DNA of 64,000 nt from Phoronis australis (lineage: Eukaryota; Animalia; Phoronida), in the NCBI GenBank assembly GCA_002633005.1, contig NMRA01000549.1, positions 59,123 through 123,122 on the forward strand, given 5' to 3'. The translations under genes and the position numbers were made by a program. The notes beneath the pieces are model-generated. The model worked only from the letters and a program-made list of their open reading frames with translations, was not told where the DNA came from and ran no database searches. Below are positions 50,868 to 64,000 of the stretch, piece after piece; the first letter of the stretch is position 1, and each line of letters begins with the position of its first letter.

Positions 50868-51753
50868 NNNNNNNNNNNNNNNNNNNNNNNNNNNNNNNNN
50901 NNNNNNNNNNNNNNNNNNNNNNNNNNNNNNNNNNNNNNNNNNNNNNNNNNNNNNNNNNNNNNNNNNNCCTCTCTTCGCCTCAGTCCCCCTCTGCCTCCTT
51001 TCTCCGCCTCTCTCCCCCTCTCTCCTCCTCCATAGTTTGAAAGTGGCGTTTTTACGTTTTGACCTTATCGCTGCATGTGGCTTAATTGATTAAAATCCCC
51101 CAGAACATCTCCTTTCGAACCCAATAGTTGTCGCTTCGATATCACAGACTTCACTGGAAATAAATTTTTGTTTCTGACGTTTACTCAGCTCCGCTGTCAG
51201 TGCCGTATGAACAGTTTCCGCTTTTTTCATTTAGCATCAAGCAGACGATTGAGCAAGGAGGATAGATGACGTAATTTAGGGTTCAAACCAAAGGATTAGG
51301 TCAAACAAAAGCATAATTCGTTCTGATCTTCGTTTCATTTTGAAAATTAATTCGGCGGTGCGATATTTTTTTAATTTTCCACTTTCAAAACAACCCATCT
51401 GAATGAGCAAAAATCTGCAGCAATTTTACGACGTTTCGTTGAACTCGTGTTTTTTTTAACCCAGGCGATCCAGAGACTTGATTTGATTGTCAGGTTGGAC
51501 ACAAACAAATCGTGTGTGTTGGACACAGCTTTTCCAAAACAGGATTTTTCACTAAAAACAACAACCATTTGTATGAATCTAAATTTATTTGAAACTCTCA
51601 CATATTTGCTGCATGCACAGCCCGTATTTTTAAAAATAGCATTTTGGGGAAACAGGGTTACAGGTATAACCTTAAAACACTGCTTGCCTGCGTTTGTGTG
51701 GCTATTGAATAATTTTCGAGGCCAGCTAAAATTAGTGCGGTTGGACTGAGATA

Positions 51754-52368
51754 TATGGAACGCGCCTGGCGCCACCTTATGACGAATCATTTGGACTCAT
51801 CCGAATACAACTAGGCGCGCCAGAGATGACTCGAAAAGTAATCCTAAGCATGTCAAGTACAGCCACATTTCTGTTCGACTCAGCAAGACGTCGTGGTCTG
51901 GTCAGTGATGACGTACATGTATGCTCCGATGTCAGTCAGTTTACGCGCCAACTGAGAAGACGTGACCAGCCAAAAGGTCACATAACCTCCCACGTCGCTT
52001 TGACAAATAACGAAGAAGTTTAAATGCACACCCATATTATTTAAAACAATAATAATCTGCCTTAGACCTGCCGTGTTGGACAGTTTTCGCAAATGACATG
52101 ACACGAAAGAAATGAGTAAGATTTGAATGAAATTAGCGTACTTCCAAGTTGTGACAATAGGTTGAACAGCGAAATTTAATAATGGAAGCGATGAGGATTT
52201 CGTAAACCAACAGACTATTATAACCTTAACACTGATTCTTTTCTTTTATCAATATCGACACGTGTTCTACAACTCGCCGACCTCGTCATTGACGCGTCAG
52301 CGTGCTAGAAATGACTCGTCACGAAGTGTCAGAAATGACTCGGTGACGCTACTGAGGCGCGTTCCATA
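51754..52368. mobile_element. MITE with short TIRs
   Basis: tatggaacgcgcct ... aggcgcgttccata, with repeated subterminal atgactc motifs. Confidence 0.6.
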
Positions 52369-53202
52369 CAAGTAGTTCGCGAGTTGGAGCGCAGAGCAGG
52401 GCTGCCTCCCGTAGACCCAAGAAATTTGCGATTATGCAAGATCACGTACGTTTCGAGAAATAACGCCACTCATTTCAAGTAAAGCACGCGGTCCCATTTT
52501 TAATTTTTATCTTCAGTGCCTTCTGTCTACGGAACGCAGCCGAGAACCAACTATACTTATTGGCCTTAAGAGGTGATGACCGGAGGTAACCTGAACTCCA
52601 ATGAGCTGTTCCTGGAATGGTCAAAGGTGGGTCAACAGCTCTTTCAGAATATTATAGTGACTGGCCACTGTGCTCCGATGTCGTAATTATTATATTGTCC
52701 TATAAACAAACTTTTATTTGAAATTACCCTAAAATATTTCTATGCACAAGGTGCCCGTTTTATCAAATTTCGTAAGCCGTAAGGAGGGTTGTATCTCGGA
52801 CGACCGCAAGCTCGTTCTTGTGAAGGCGTCGGCCTAAGGCTAGTCCTACATATGCGTATGAGCGAAACGATTGCTACTAACGTAAACCTGATCGATCTTT
52901 ACATTCAAGCTAAACACTTACTTTCATAAACCACGTTAGTGTATAGTTTGACACAAGATACAACCGTCTTAACTAAGAACAAGTTTACGACTTTTGATAA
53001 ATGGGACTACGCTCCAGAAATTTGAAGTACGTCGTTCACACAAAGGGTAGCACTGCATGGCTTCCTCAGTACATCAGTACTGCTGATCGGATAGTTCCCA
53101 TCACGAGGCTAGACAATTCGAGTTCCTATCATGTCCAAATGCAGTCTGGTTAGTATCCAGTGTATGCCATTTTACACGATGCTGTAAACTAAACCACAAA
53201 AT

Positions 53203-53399
53203 TCATACCCTTGCGTGATTTTTTGCGCGATTGTTGGCAAGCTGTCTCATTCGAGCTTGGGCGACCATTTCGGCTGGTGACGGGTCCCGCCGTCTGAATT
53301 TACACGTCAAAATCCTCCAAAATGTCTTTCTGAATTGAGCATTGCATAGAGCGTAACACAACGGGTTGACGGTGCTGTTGATGTAACATAGCATGTAAC
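53203..53399 (-). CDS. CHRM: Muscarinic acetylcholine receptor, terminal exon (TM7, helix 8, C-tail)
   Basis: Acceptor gtgtttcag|gt, phase 1, matching the donor at 62110. Peptide [27 protein letters not shown] contains NPxxY. Confidence 0.92.
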
Positions 53400-53462
53400 C
53401 TGAAACACGAGCAAGAAGGATGTGTAAGTGAATTGAGTGAGACTTGGGGCTAACAGCAAATA

Positions 53463-54060
53463 GTGACCAATATGGAGAAAGAGGCCAAATATGTTGTGGT
53501 GTTACCATACGTGAAAGGTGTGCGTGTGTGTCTTAAGCGTACTTTTACTAAGTTCAGTTTCACTACATCTATGAAACCTCATACTACATTACGGAATTTA
53601 TTAGTGCACTCCAAGGACAAGCGTGATAAGAATTGTAGCGGTGTAGTTTTTTACATTCCCTGTTCTAACTGTGATGTCTCCTACATTGGAGACACGCTTA
53701 GAAATTCTGGTTATCACCTTAAAGAACATAGGAAGGAGTTGGACGAGTGCACGGCCCGAGTGTTTGGAAGATCTGAAAAAACACCTCCCTGTCAAGACGG
53801 TCCTGCAATTACAGATCATGTTGTCCAAAATAATCGTGTTATTGGCTGAGACAGCTCCAAAATTCTACCAAATAAAAAGAACACTAATCGTAGGAAGATA
53901 ATGGAATCCATTTGCATCAGAGAAGTTAGAGTACGACGAACCTTGTTGAAGGAAGTTACGAACTTCCCCATGTTTATGACGTGTTACTACACACAGCGCC
54001 ACCTACATTGAAGAAGATGGCAGAGTCAATATCATGGCCGTCGAAAACTTCTGCCGATTT
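53463..54060 (+). mobile_element. Penelope-like element 3' fragment (GIY-YIG endonuclease), intronic
   Basis: VVLPYVKG...KPHTTLRNLLVHSKDK...GVVFYIPCSNCDVSYIGDT.R...LKEH...AITDHV, then RKIMESICI...SYELPHVY. Confidence 0.8.
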
Positions 54061-54628
54061 TTAAGGTTAACCCTTGGATATGGTATAAGAACGGAATAGT
54101 TTCAATCGAGCAGACATCCAGATGAGACTTTTGGTGGTTGGTCCTCATCGGATAACAGTGATGATAGTCGTAAATGTTGGTCTTTTAGACCAAAATTACA
54201 AGCTGACCTCTACTCTGCAGCAGAGTAATTTTCAATCTTTGTTCGGGTCTTAATGAATTTCGTGAAATGAGGCTTAGACATTTTAATCGTACATAAGCTT
54301 TATTTAATGAAACGGGCCCGGGACTTTTTAAGTCATGAAGAATCGTTGTTACCTTTTAAATTGCAATCGATTGAATTCCGTTACCTGTAAGGATATCAAC
54401 CCATAGATGTCGCTCTTACACTGCCCACTCTTTTTAATACGTTTAACATTGTACTATGTTCGTAGTTACTCGTAGGCCTACATCGTGGTCAGTAGGTGCT
54501 GGTACTTCGTGTTGATTTTTGTTTTTAACGTGCCAGCTCTCGTTCTAGATGCCGATATAAATTTCACAACGAAGTGACGATCAGAAAAATCCGAACGGTC
54601 CGTTGGAGCTTAACACACAGCGGTTCCC

Positions 54629-54727
54629 AGCTGTATTTTGACAATAGTCTTCATGCAGCTATCTGGTTGGCTAGTTAAATCTTCGCCAGCCAACCAGCTG
54701 TATGAAGACTAGCATCAAAATACAGCT
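54629..54727. repeat. ~100-bp foldback hairpin
   Basis: agctgtattttga..tagtcttcatgcagct..tggttggct / agccaaccagctgtatgaagacta..tcaaaatacagct. Confidence 0.65.
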
Positions 54728-55253
54728 AAGTGTATTAACTTCACATAGACCTTGAAATTTCACACCGCCTGGGTTTTTCAGCTCGTCGTGAAACTTATAA
54801 TTATTCATTGGCATATAGAGCAATTGATCAGCGGGGGTGCTTCCAAAATCGACCGACGCTCACCTTGCCATTTACCTTTAAGTGGAATGCAATCTAATAA
54901 AATCAGTTTTTGCACAGTTTTCCGACTTGAAGGCTTACCAAACCAATGCATTTCCCACAAGCTCGATTTTTGTCAGGTGCAATATTAAGAGGCGTTAAAC
55001 AAAACAACGAACCGCCTCACTTAATCGGTAATCCAACCTTGAATCCAAACAGTGTAGGAAGTCCGTACATTGAAAGTGTAGAATTTAGTGTTATACATAT
55101 CACACTGGAATTACACAACAAAGATTGTCCTGCACACGTCAAAATTATGATCGAGTGAGAACAATTATCTGCAGAAATAATACGGTGAGTATAACTGTTT
55201 ACAAACAAGGCTTTCTAAAGGAACTTAATTCACTCGAAGATTCGACGTTTTAC

Positions 55254-56080
55254 TTATTTATTTATTTATTAATGTAATATTTACAATGAGGGTAGCCCCA
55301 TCAGTTCACACTGCTTTCCATGGGGGCCCTCAGTAAAAACAAACAGATAGGAAGACAAAAACAGAATTACAAAATGAAAGACAATATTTAAATAAGCAAA
55401 GAATAAGAAATTAACACGTAAAGACTGATGAAATGAAATAAAAAATAAAATATGATAAATAAAAGATAAAGAAATTAAGACAAGATAATTAACTAAAATA
55501 TAAATATAAATAATTAAAAACAGACAATAAATAATTAATAAAAGTAAGACATCATATAAATATACACGCATGTATACACATGCACTCTTACACACTACAT
55601 GAAGTTAAATCTATTTCTTATAATTCTTTTAAAGGTTGTAAAGGATGACATAGATTTGGCATCTGCAGGGAGAGAGTTCCATAAATAGGGCCCGCTGTAG
55701 GAAAATGATTTTTCCCAGTTTCGTTTCTGAGTTTAGGAAGATTGAAATTTGATGATGATGAGGACCTAGTATTGTAGCGATTAGTAGTCATCTTAAACTT
55801 AGCACTTAAGTATGTTGGGACAAGACCTTTAAAACAATTGTACATACAACAAGCAGATAGGAATTGATGTAACATACAACAATCAGATAGGAATTGATGT
55901 ATTGTGTGAATTTTCATTATTCCAGTCTCTTTATGAAGGTTTTCAATGTTAATATGTCTAACACCAGCTCCCAGAATAATCCGGGCAGCCCTATTTTGGA
56001 CAACCTGAATGGTTTTTACATGTATATCCTTGCTTGATACAACGCCCCACACCGGGAGGCAATAATCTAGGTGGTCATTC
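55254..56080 (-). mobile_element. 5'-truncated CR1/L2-group LINE 3' end
   Basis: HLDYCLPVWG...IQVVQNRAARIILG...GLVPTYLS..F...YNTRSSS. AT-rich 3' UTR and stem-loop + (TAAA)n tail. Confidence 0.85.
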
Positions 56081-59000
56081 CACCTTTTGCATTTTAATCC
56101 AGCGGTGAACTTTTGACTTAAAACACATGGCTCATTGGCTGGCATCGGGTCACTTTTAGTTAAAATATGACGCCATTGTGTCGAAATCCGTGGGTACAAG
56201 ATGGCTGACGATTTGATTCGTCGTAGTTGGGTTAGGTAAAAAAAGGTGAAATATAACAGGGTAAGACCCTTTATGGTTCACTAAATATTCTAAAGGAATT
56301 CCCTCAACATGCATTTTCTCCAATTCTTTTGATTTATGCCCATTTCACGAATTTGTGAACAAAAACCGATGGCCTTTAACCTCTGAGCTGTGTATTGGCT
56401 ACGCTTCACAATAATTTATCAGCTCATTCCAGCAACATGCATCAAGGGTTTGTTTGATCATAATTTATCAGATACGTCTTTTATTTAAACTGAAGTTTTT
56501 AGATAACCATGAAATACTAACCACTAAGTGAATGCAAACCTGCATCAAGGCATATCAGTTCCTTTTATCACGCTACTGTGAAAAAGTATGTTTTAGAAAG
56601 CTAAAAATTGCATAGTCAAATACTCAGCATTTAAGCAGAGCCATCGGGATGCTTTTCACATATTTTTGAATTAGACATAAGCCAAAAGAAATAGGGGGAA
56701 ATACTTGTTCAGTGTCCTAGTACTAAAAAAGTTGAATTCCCTTGACGTATTTAGGGAACCGTAAACGGTCTTACCCGTTAAATTTCGCCTCTTTTTATCT
56801 TTCTCTAACAACGACGAATCAAATAGTCTGCCATCTTGTAATCTCAGTTTTTGACCTAATGACGGCATGTAGTGATCCGAATGCCAGTTCATCACCTAAG
56901 TGAATGCGTCAGTTGATGAGTTCACCAAAACGCAAATGGCGGAATGACAAGCGAATAGTGAAAAGTCGGGTGAATAACTTCTTTCGCACGGCTTGATTTC
57001 CGTGCACGTACATTCGCAGTATTATTTCAGCAGATGAAGGTGATCACGCGATCACAGTTTCGAAGTGTACAGCTTAATATTAGACGAGGATTTCCAGTGT
57101 TATATGTATGGTTTAATTCTACATTTTCAATGCACGGACTACCAACCCCGTTTCAGGGTTTGTTTACCGACTAAAATTTTCACAGGGAGAGCACACTGAG
57201 CGGGTTGTCACGCAGCTCGCAATCGCATTGACATAACCAAACGACGTTAATTCAATTGTTTTACATTAAAAGCGACCGCTGTATGACTCAAAAACATTGC
57301 AACTTCCCGAAATATAATCGATTACTCCTGTGTCTGATCTGAGCTTCTTGTGAAAGTTGATTTCAAACTTTATCCACAACGTAGCATACTGGCTGAAGTA
57401 CGATAAATAAGCGATGGAAAGTCTAAATAAAGCTTCCTCCCGCGAATTACCTAGCGGATGTAACCACATAGTAAAAATTATCGATTTTCACTCTCGGTCA
57501 GTATGTTGGTTTTCAGAACCCAAAGATGTAATAATAACCTAGGCCCACTTTAGTCATTATCACGCTTTTGCGCTCTGAAAACCTACCTCAGTGAATTGTA
57601 CAGCATTTTTTTTCATCCATGGTTTATCATCAATCGTGAGAGTCTATATGATTTTTGTCACTGGGCAACGATTAATGATCAAATGAGGTTTAGCCTGAAT
57701 GATGCTATGAGTGATGACCATTTATCACCAGCTTGATGACTGATCATCAGCCTGACATGCATTCATGTCAACCAAAATGGAGAAGTACGGCAAATGCCCA
57801 ACCAAGGCATTCGAACTGATGACCACATACATAATCCTGCCAGCCCTGTCGTCCATGCACATTTCATGGGACCGCTTCGTCATATAGGTGGCGCTGCGAC
57901 AGAAGGTATACATCCAGTTCATGAAAAATGTACATGTACGATCTACACAGACCACTTGATAACATTTCAACAAAAAGAACTTCAGTTGATTATAGATACG
58001 AGTAAACGAGGCAGTATCTATCCAATGCCAACAGCTCAGTAACTTACTGAGCGTACGATCACCTGCGTAACAAGGAAAAGAAGACCGGCCTAGTCGAAAT
58101 TTAGGAAAAACACAAAAATGTATAATGTACATGTGTGGCGGATGGGCATTCCGGTATATCTCATTCAGATTTAAATTAAGAGTCATGTGACTTCAGTGAT
58201 GTGCAGATGTCAAGAGCGATACTGTGTGGTTTATTTAGATTCTATGTAAAGACGGGCAGTGTCATGTAATTATCATTCCTTCAACCAATTGTACCATATT
58301 TCTGCATTTCAAAGATATTGTGATTTTTAATGTCCGTTATTTTGGGAACCTTCATACTTTCTTATACAATGTCCTGGCCCCCCTAAAATTCTCCCAGATT
58401 CCATTTGGCAGTTCGGGGGTGAGAATGTCGGACGAGCAAAATCCTGGCAAATACTCTGCCCTGCCCCTCCCCCCTAACTCAAAATCCTGGATCCGCCCAT
58501 CGGACCGGGTCGCACTCATCAGCTTTCGTTATCTTAAAACGTCACTAGCTCTCTCCCGACGTAACTGCACGCGCACCATGTTCCACTGGCGGATCTACGG
58601 TCTCCTCGTAAAAGGGGCCCAATCTCAACTTTGGAAAGAACATGTCCGAGAAAGATCTCTAAACGACGTTGGTTTTGACTGAGTCCATATGCGGTCAATA
58701 GTTCATCTCTAACATAGCAGGTTGGTAATCGCGTTTGATATATGTCTCTCAAAGTAGCTGCTCGTTCATCACATTTAAACTTTCTCTGCCAAGGTTGCTG
58801 CTCGTTCTGCTGTTTCAGTCTTCTTTCCCAGCGGCAGCGTATCTGCTTGTGCATCGTGTTTTATGTTTCTCTCGTGCAATGTGTGCAATAATCAAAGGCG
58901 GACCTGAGAATAAGTAAGGGGAGCCAACGACAATTTCGAAAAAAAATTAAATATCCGTTTACCGTGCATGCCCAAAAAATGGCATATTGTAGTATAGGAG

Positions 59001-59769
59001 ACACGCGAGAGGACGTTGTACCCTTACTGTTTTCCAACGCTCCGAAAAAAATTCCATTTTGTGCTACGTTGTCGTCTCAATTTAAGTACACTTCACACTT
59101 AGTTTCATTTCTACAGTTAAGTGAAACTTGTTCCAATATTACATAGTACAAGATCAGTGGTTCCCTTTTGTGCAAAACATCCAACTACATGTACGTTCCC
59201 TTGTGTTGCAAGTGTCCTTCTCGTGCATCGTGTTCAAAAGGTATCTCCTAGACGTACCTACTCATATGTTATATCTGAAGTTTCAACCCTACTGTAACTG
59301 AAAGTACACCGTGTTCACTTGTTCAATTTTCAACTGACCTCTGTCACAACATCGCACATTTTAGACGTCATGAATTGCAAAATTAGTAACTTAAAGTTTT
59401 CTGTATAATTTTGCAATCGATTATCATTGAGCGCAAATACACGAAGCATATTGTGCAGTTCATATTCCTTAAACCAACAGCGAGACATGTTACTATGGGG
59501 GCGTTCGTCGGTTCAACTGTCCTTTTGAAAACCAAATTAAAAACTTTGTTCCGAAATGTCAAGCGTAAAGAGAACAGAAAATCACGTAGACTTAAGATTT
59601 TGTTCATGAAAAATGAGCAGACTTAAAACTTAAGTCAGAAATTTGGTATTACGCTCCACACAATTATTTCGTAAAAAATAATTAAATGTCACAAGAGCAA
59701 AAACGAGGTCTATGAGAATATTCATTACTTGCACACTCTGGTGGCTCTGCATTGTTGTTTAGGACACAG

Positions 59770-60300
59770 AGGACCGTATTCTAAGAGACACCTTAACGTC
59801 CAAGGTAGACCTTAAGTTGAACTTTTTCATTTCCGTTTTCTGAGAGCACCCTTAAATTCCCCTGTAAGGTGAACCTTAAAATCCTTTCCTTATCCTAAGA
59901 AGGACTCATTTCTAAGAGATTCCTTAGCGTAAGGTCCATCTAAAATTTATGAAAGATGTACCTTAAGTCCTAAGGATTTCTCTGGGGTATCCTTAAGGTC
60001 AACCTCAATAACAAATTTCATTATTTTCCATGATACTAAAGAAGATGGGACATTAAACAGGGTTGAATCTGTGAGAGTGCTGTCGTTCAGCCCCATTGAG
60101 TACCACAGCAACTGGTACGTTAGTGGCATTCTTCTGCGCGTTGTATCTTTTTAACTTTCTTTCCCACGCCTGTTCTTTCTTCATCAAACTTAGCTATTTT
60201 CTCTTAATTCAATAGTGGCCTTCTTTTTTCAACTAGTTGAATAACTAATTGCTTTCCGACGCCAGTGTAGATCTTACGTTTTCACACTGCTGTTTCCATG
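59770..60300 (-). mobile_element. PIF/Harbinger-like remnant with decayed Myb/SANT-like ORF start
   Basis: ccttaag/cttaagg subterminal repeats at 59770-60000. The - strand from ~60298 reads METAV*KRKIYT...KQLVIQLVEKRRPLL..KKEQAWE...RYN. Confidence 0.4.
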
Positions 60301-60452
60301 ATTGTTTTAACTATATTGAGTTGTGTTTGGCAACTGTGCACGAGCATGTATAACACTTAATTCAGCCAATTCGTTTTAGCACTTAAACAACGCAAACGTG
60401 AAAGCGCGCGTTGCGAACATGCAGCACCATTGTAGTTTGGACACGACTTCCG

Positions 60453-60664
60453 GGGCCCGTTCCAAGAAATCTGACTTAGCTAAGACAGAACTTAACTTTC
60501 AGTCAATTTTAAGATAAAAGTTAAAGTTTGACTTAGGTTTTTGCTTAAGTTTTGTCGTAATTTTGACTATCTTACCAGATGTGAAAGTTTCAAAGTTTGG
60601 AATTTCAGACAAATTTTAGACTTAAGTGAAAAATGAACTTAAGTCAGTTTCTTGGAACGGGCCC
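60453..60664. mobile_element. Harbinger/Tourist-like MITE
   Basis: TIR gggcccgttccaagaaa / tttcttggaacgggccc; 3-bp flanks ccg/ctg (CWG-like TSD); internal cttaag repeats. Confidence 0.75.
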
Positions 60665-62110
60665 CTGGTTTTCAAGCATCATGGTGAATTCGTGCAAGTA
60701 CTTGATACACGATAGTTACTGAGACATTTTTATGGATTATTTGTACACCGTGATGCGCTCATAATTACTTGGCTATAAACATTTACTCAGCAAGTGTGAA
60801 ATGGGAATGTAAGACCAAAATTTCTCTTTTTTAGTCTAAGCCACTTTTCAAAAAACGAGTCTCTAGCCTCAGAAAACGAAAACCGTAGCCATTTATTCAC
60901 TGAATGAGAATGACGAGACAGAAATAAAGAACGAAAATAATCTTCCAAAGAGTGTGTGACGTTTAGGACTATGTTCCGTGCCACGAACACTAAATAGCGT
61001 GTTAGAGAGGTGTGTGAACATTCCGCCAGCGCAGAGCGAGCCCAAGCACAGTCTCTTGACATGCCTTACGGAGGACGAATATATTCAGGGCCTGAAAATG
61101 ATGCGGTTGACTTCAGTTTTAAGTCCATCCTCGATCGACACCCGTTTTACTTCCTCACAATGCCCGCCGAAATTCCGTTTTGTTCCCTGACAACAATTTT
61201 ACTTTGCCCCCCCCCCTTAACTACTTAAGTGATGAGTGGGAGCACTCACCAAACCCACTCTCCTGCTGCCCTGCCTCAGATCCCTACAGCTATGTGACTA
61301 GAGGAAGTAAAAAAAATTTGGGGTCGCGATCATGCCAGTTTAACTACGGAAACGCGAACGCTTTCGGATTAAATTGCCAAGCGTTGACCTTCACTATTTT
61401 GTTGATCTGACCATGTTAGAATGGGCGACTAAAACGAGATTAAGTGTTCATTGTTTACTTTCAGATTATAAGGGATAAGCGAACGAAATGAAAACAACCT
61501 GCGTGGATGTACTCGTTACTCTCAAAAGTTGTCTAAAAATTAGGGCGGGGTGTGTTACATGTACGCACGGTGCATTTACATTGGTAGACATTATACGTTT
61601 AGCAAGGTGAAAACAGAAACTATATGTAATATTAAATTTAAATCCTTTGCGCATGTAATTTGATTTTGACATTGAGATGTTACCAGAAATTTTAATAAAG
61701 CCATCATGCTACAGAGTTGATAATGAGTTGATAATGAGTACACAACTCGGCAGATTTCGTCTGCGGCAAAACTTGAACAATTAGGGGTGCTGGTGTTTTT
61801 CAAATGTATTATGGAGCGATGGCTGCCAGCAACATGATTACACGAGCTTTGCTCGAAAAAAACACTCGACACATTCAGTGGAATTGTTGTGAGGATACAA
61901 ATTCCCAAACATCGCCGGATTTTAGGAAATCAAGTCAGTTAAGGTCCCTTCTGATTGGGGCTAAAATGGGTTGAAATGTTTTGAACTGAACACAAAGCTG
62001 CTACATGTTCTCGTGTAAGTGGGAGTTTCATGGAGAAGAGAATATAGAAATCGTTTAAACCTATTTTAGCTGCATTTAAAAACATTTTATGAGCATTTAC
62101 AAGTACTTAC

Positions 62111-64000
62111 CGAAGTGATAATAGGCAGACGAGTCTTTCACCGTCCCTGGCCAGAACGTGTTTATTATCACATTAATGTTATACGGGGCCCAGGTAAGGA
62201 TAAAAGCCAACAAGATGGCGCTCAGTGTTTTAGCCGCTTTTTTGTCTTGCTTACGTTCATAGCGTTTCTTTTTGGCATGCTGCATTCTCGCTTTGTAAAG
62301 AAAAGCCATTCTTGCGGAATTTGTGTGAGAGTAGGGTTCCCTGTCTTCCGGCATGCTGTTCGTCCTACCATGGCTGTTGGTACTTCGAACTTTACTGGAC
62401 GATTTTTGATCTAAAGTCACTGACCTATTGTAAAAGTGATTTGGCGCATTTTTCACCTGAGCATACGATGGATTCCTCACTTTATTGTTTTCTGGGCGCC
62501 TCGCGTGTCTGTCTAGAGACCGTTCGTTTGGTCTGGCCGTGTGACAATTTGGTGGAAACATTTTGATGCTTGCTTTTAAATCCTTACTATTTTCCGGAGG
62601 AAGTTTAATAAGCACGGAATATAACAAATCCTTGTCCATGTCCTCTGAAGAATCTTCATCCTGAGAATGATCCAGAGCCGGCATAGAACGGGAAAACGAA
62701 GTATTCAATACTCTTTCTGGTGTTGAACGGTGAGAGCCAGAAACTGAATCGACGTCAGGGGAGTTGAGTGTTATCAGTGGAATAGGAGGTACACTTAGAT
62801 TCTTTACGGCTGGACTGGCCAGGCCACCATTCGCGTGTGAAGTTCCGTGGTTACAGTTCCAGTCACGCGTACCCTTAGAGGTGTACGAAGAGGAAGAGAC
62901 GCGATGTGGACGCGGGGGCGTTGACGACTGCAGAACCCGGGATGGGGGGTCACTTCCAGAAGAATCTTCGAAACTATCTGAGGTTTCACGGTCTATATTA
63001 CAGCACTTCAATAATTTATAGAGTTTTGAGCGATTACTTTTGTCATCCACAGATTCTGTGTATTCTGAGAAGCTCATCAATCCTTGATGACGTCCGTGAT
63101 GAATGTCGTCAGATAAGACTGAAGCAGTAGACTTTTTCTTCCAACTCTTTTTTCTGCTATGAGTAAGAGTAATTAATTCCTTTTGTCGCTTTTTGGTTTC
63201 TAAATAAATTTTAAAATACAGAGATGTCATAATTATCACTGGTCCATAAAACGCCAGAAACGATGTACTTAAGTTGACAATGTATGTATACACTTCCCCG
63301 TTCTTTTCAGACAGCAGGAATTGAATATAGCACTGTGTGTCCGGAACCGTCCGTTCTCCCTCCACGTGCGGCCAGATCCATATTAGAGGTATCCATAATA
63401 TGGCTGACACTAGCCACGCACCCGTGATCATCAAGGCCGCCTTCCGGGGAGTCCTGTTAGCGCGGTATGATAGCGGTCTGGTTATAGACAAATATCTATC
63501 TATGCATATCACAAACAGATTCCATACAGAGGCGTTACTCATGCCGTAGTCTAACGACAGCCAAATATCACAGACGATCGGTCCAAGAGGCCAGTATCCG
63601 TTCAATAAATATAACGTATATAAAGGAATTGAAACAAATCCTATTGTTGTGTCGGCTACGGCTAAGCTTAGTAAGAAATAATTGCTGATTGTATGCAAAG
63701 TTCTATCCACTTTGAACGATATGAAGACTAGCAAGTTTCCCCCCGCGGTAAGTATGACTAGAACTGACACGGCAATTGATATCAACACCATAACTGCCGT
63801 GCTATACGGTTGGCTAATACTTTGCACCGTAGAATTTACCGTGCTATTGGCGGTCTGAGTGTAGCTATCCGTGAAGGCGTTATTGAAGAAGGAATCTGTT
63901 CCAAATATATCCCAGGATGAGCCATTGCCGTCATAGTCACTATCTAATACTCCTATGGCATCTATGGAAAGACTAGATAAGTCTGTAGAATTGTGCTCCA
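62111..64000 (-). CDS. CHRM: Muscarinic acetylcholine receptor (A-type/M1-M3-M5-like), main exon TM1-TM6; start just beyond window edge
   Basis: GNLLV, NYFLLSLAVAD, CDIWLSLDY..SNASVWNL..I.IDRY, CYIQFL, long ICL3 and AAKTLSAILLAFILTWAPYNI. The frame stays open to 64000 (xTG-EHNSTDL..., several N-x-S/T sites). Donor g|gtaagt at 62110. Confidence 0.95.

Noticed and set aside
50723-51040. Leu/Ser-repeat 105-aa ORF
   Set aside because: Microsatellite plus N gap.
62097-62110. Receptor ORF ending ...HFGKYL* (apparent 6-TM truncated GPCR)
   Set aside because: KYL* is read-through into the intron (gtaagt donor); TM7 is in the exon at 53203-53399.

Overview
AT-rich, repeat-dense animal genomic DNA, most likely from a marine invertebrate (inferred from the gene and transposon types). 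There are no prokaryotic-type systems, and most ORFs in the supplied track are spurious. Two host genes converge tail-to-tail. A synaptotagmin-like C2-domain gene is on the + strand (exons 31219-31333 and 37519-37868, with a possible upstream exon at <1-95). A muscarinic acetylcholine receptor is on the - strand (exons 62111->64000 and 53203-53399, 8.7-kb intron). The most notable object is a nearly intact rolling-circle Helentron/Helitron2 gene at 7795-14137 (-). It encodes a ~2100-aa polyprotein: 5x 23-aa STPR-like repeats, Zn finger, OTU cysteine protease, HUH Rep, PIF1 helicase and AP endonuclease, broken by only one frameshift and one nonsense codon. It is flanked by a 16/32-bp minisatellite, a patchwork-duplicated 3' region and HINE-like copies with complementary sub-terminal repeats. 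The rest is nested transposon debris: L1/Tx1, CR1/L2, Penelope-like, tRNA-SINEs with TSDs, a hAT-like element with a 5-bp TSD inside a foldback MITE, two THAP-bearing Kolobok derivatives, Harbinger MITEs and satellites. Duplications that straddle single Ns are probably assembly artefacts. All calls come from manual reading and motif recognition; no searches were run.
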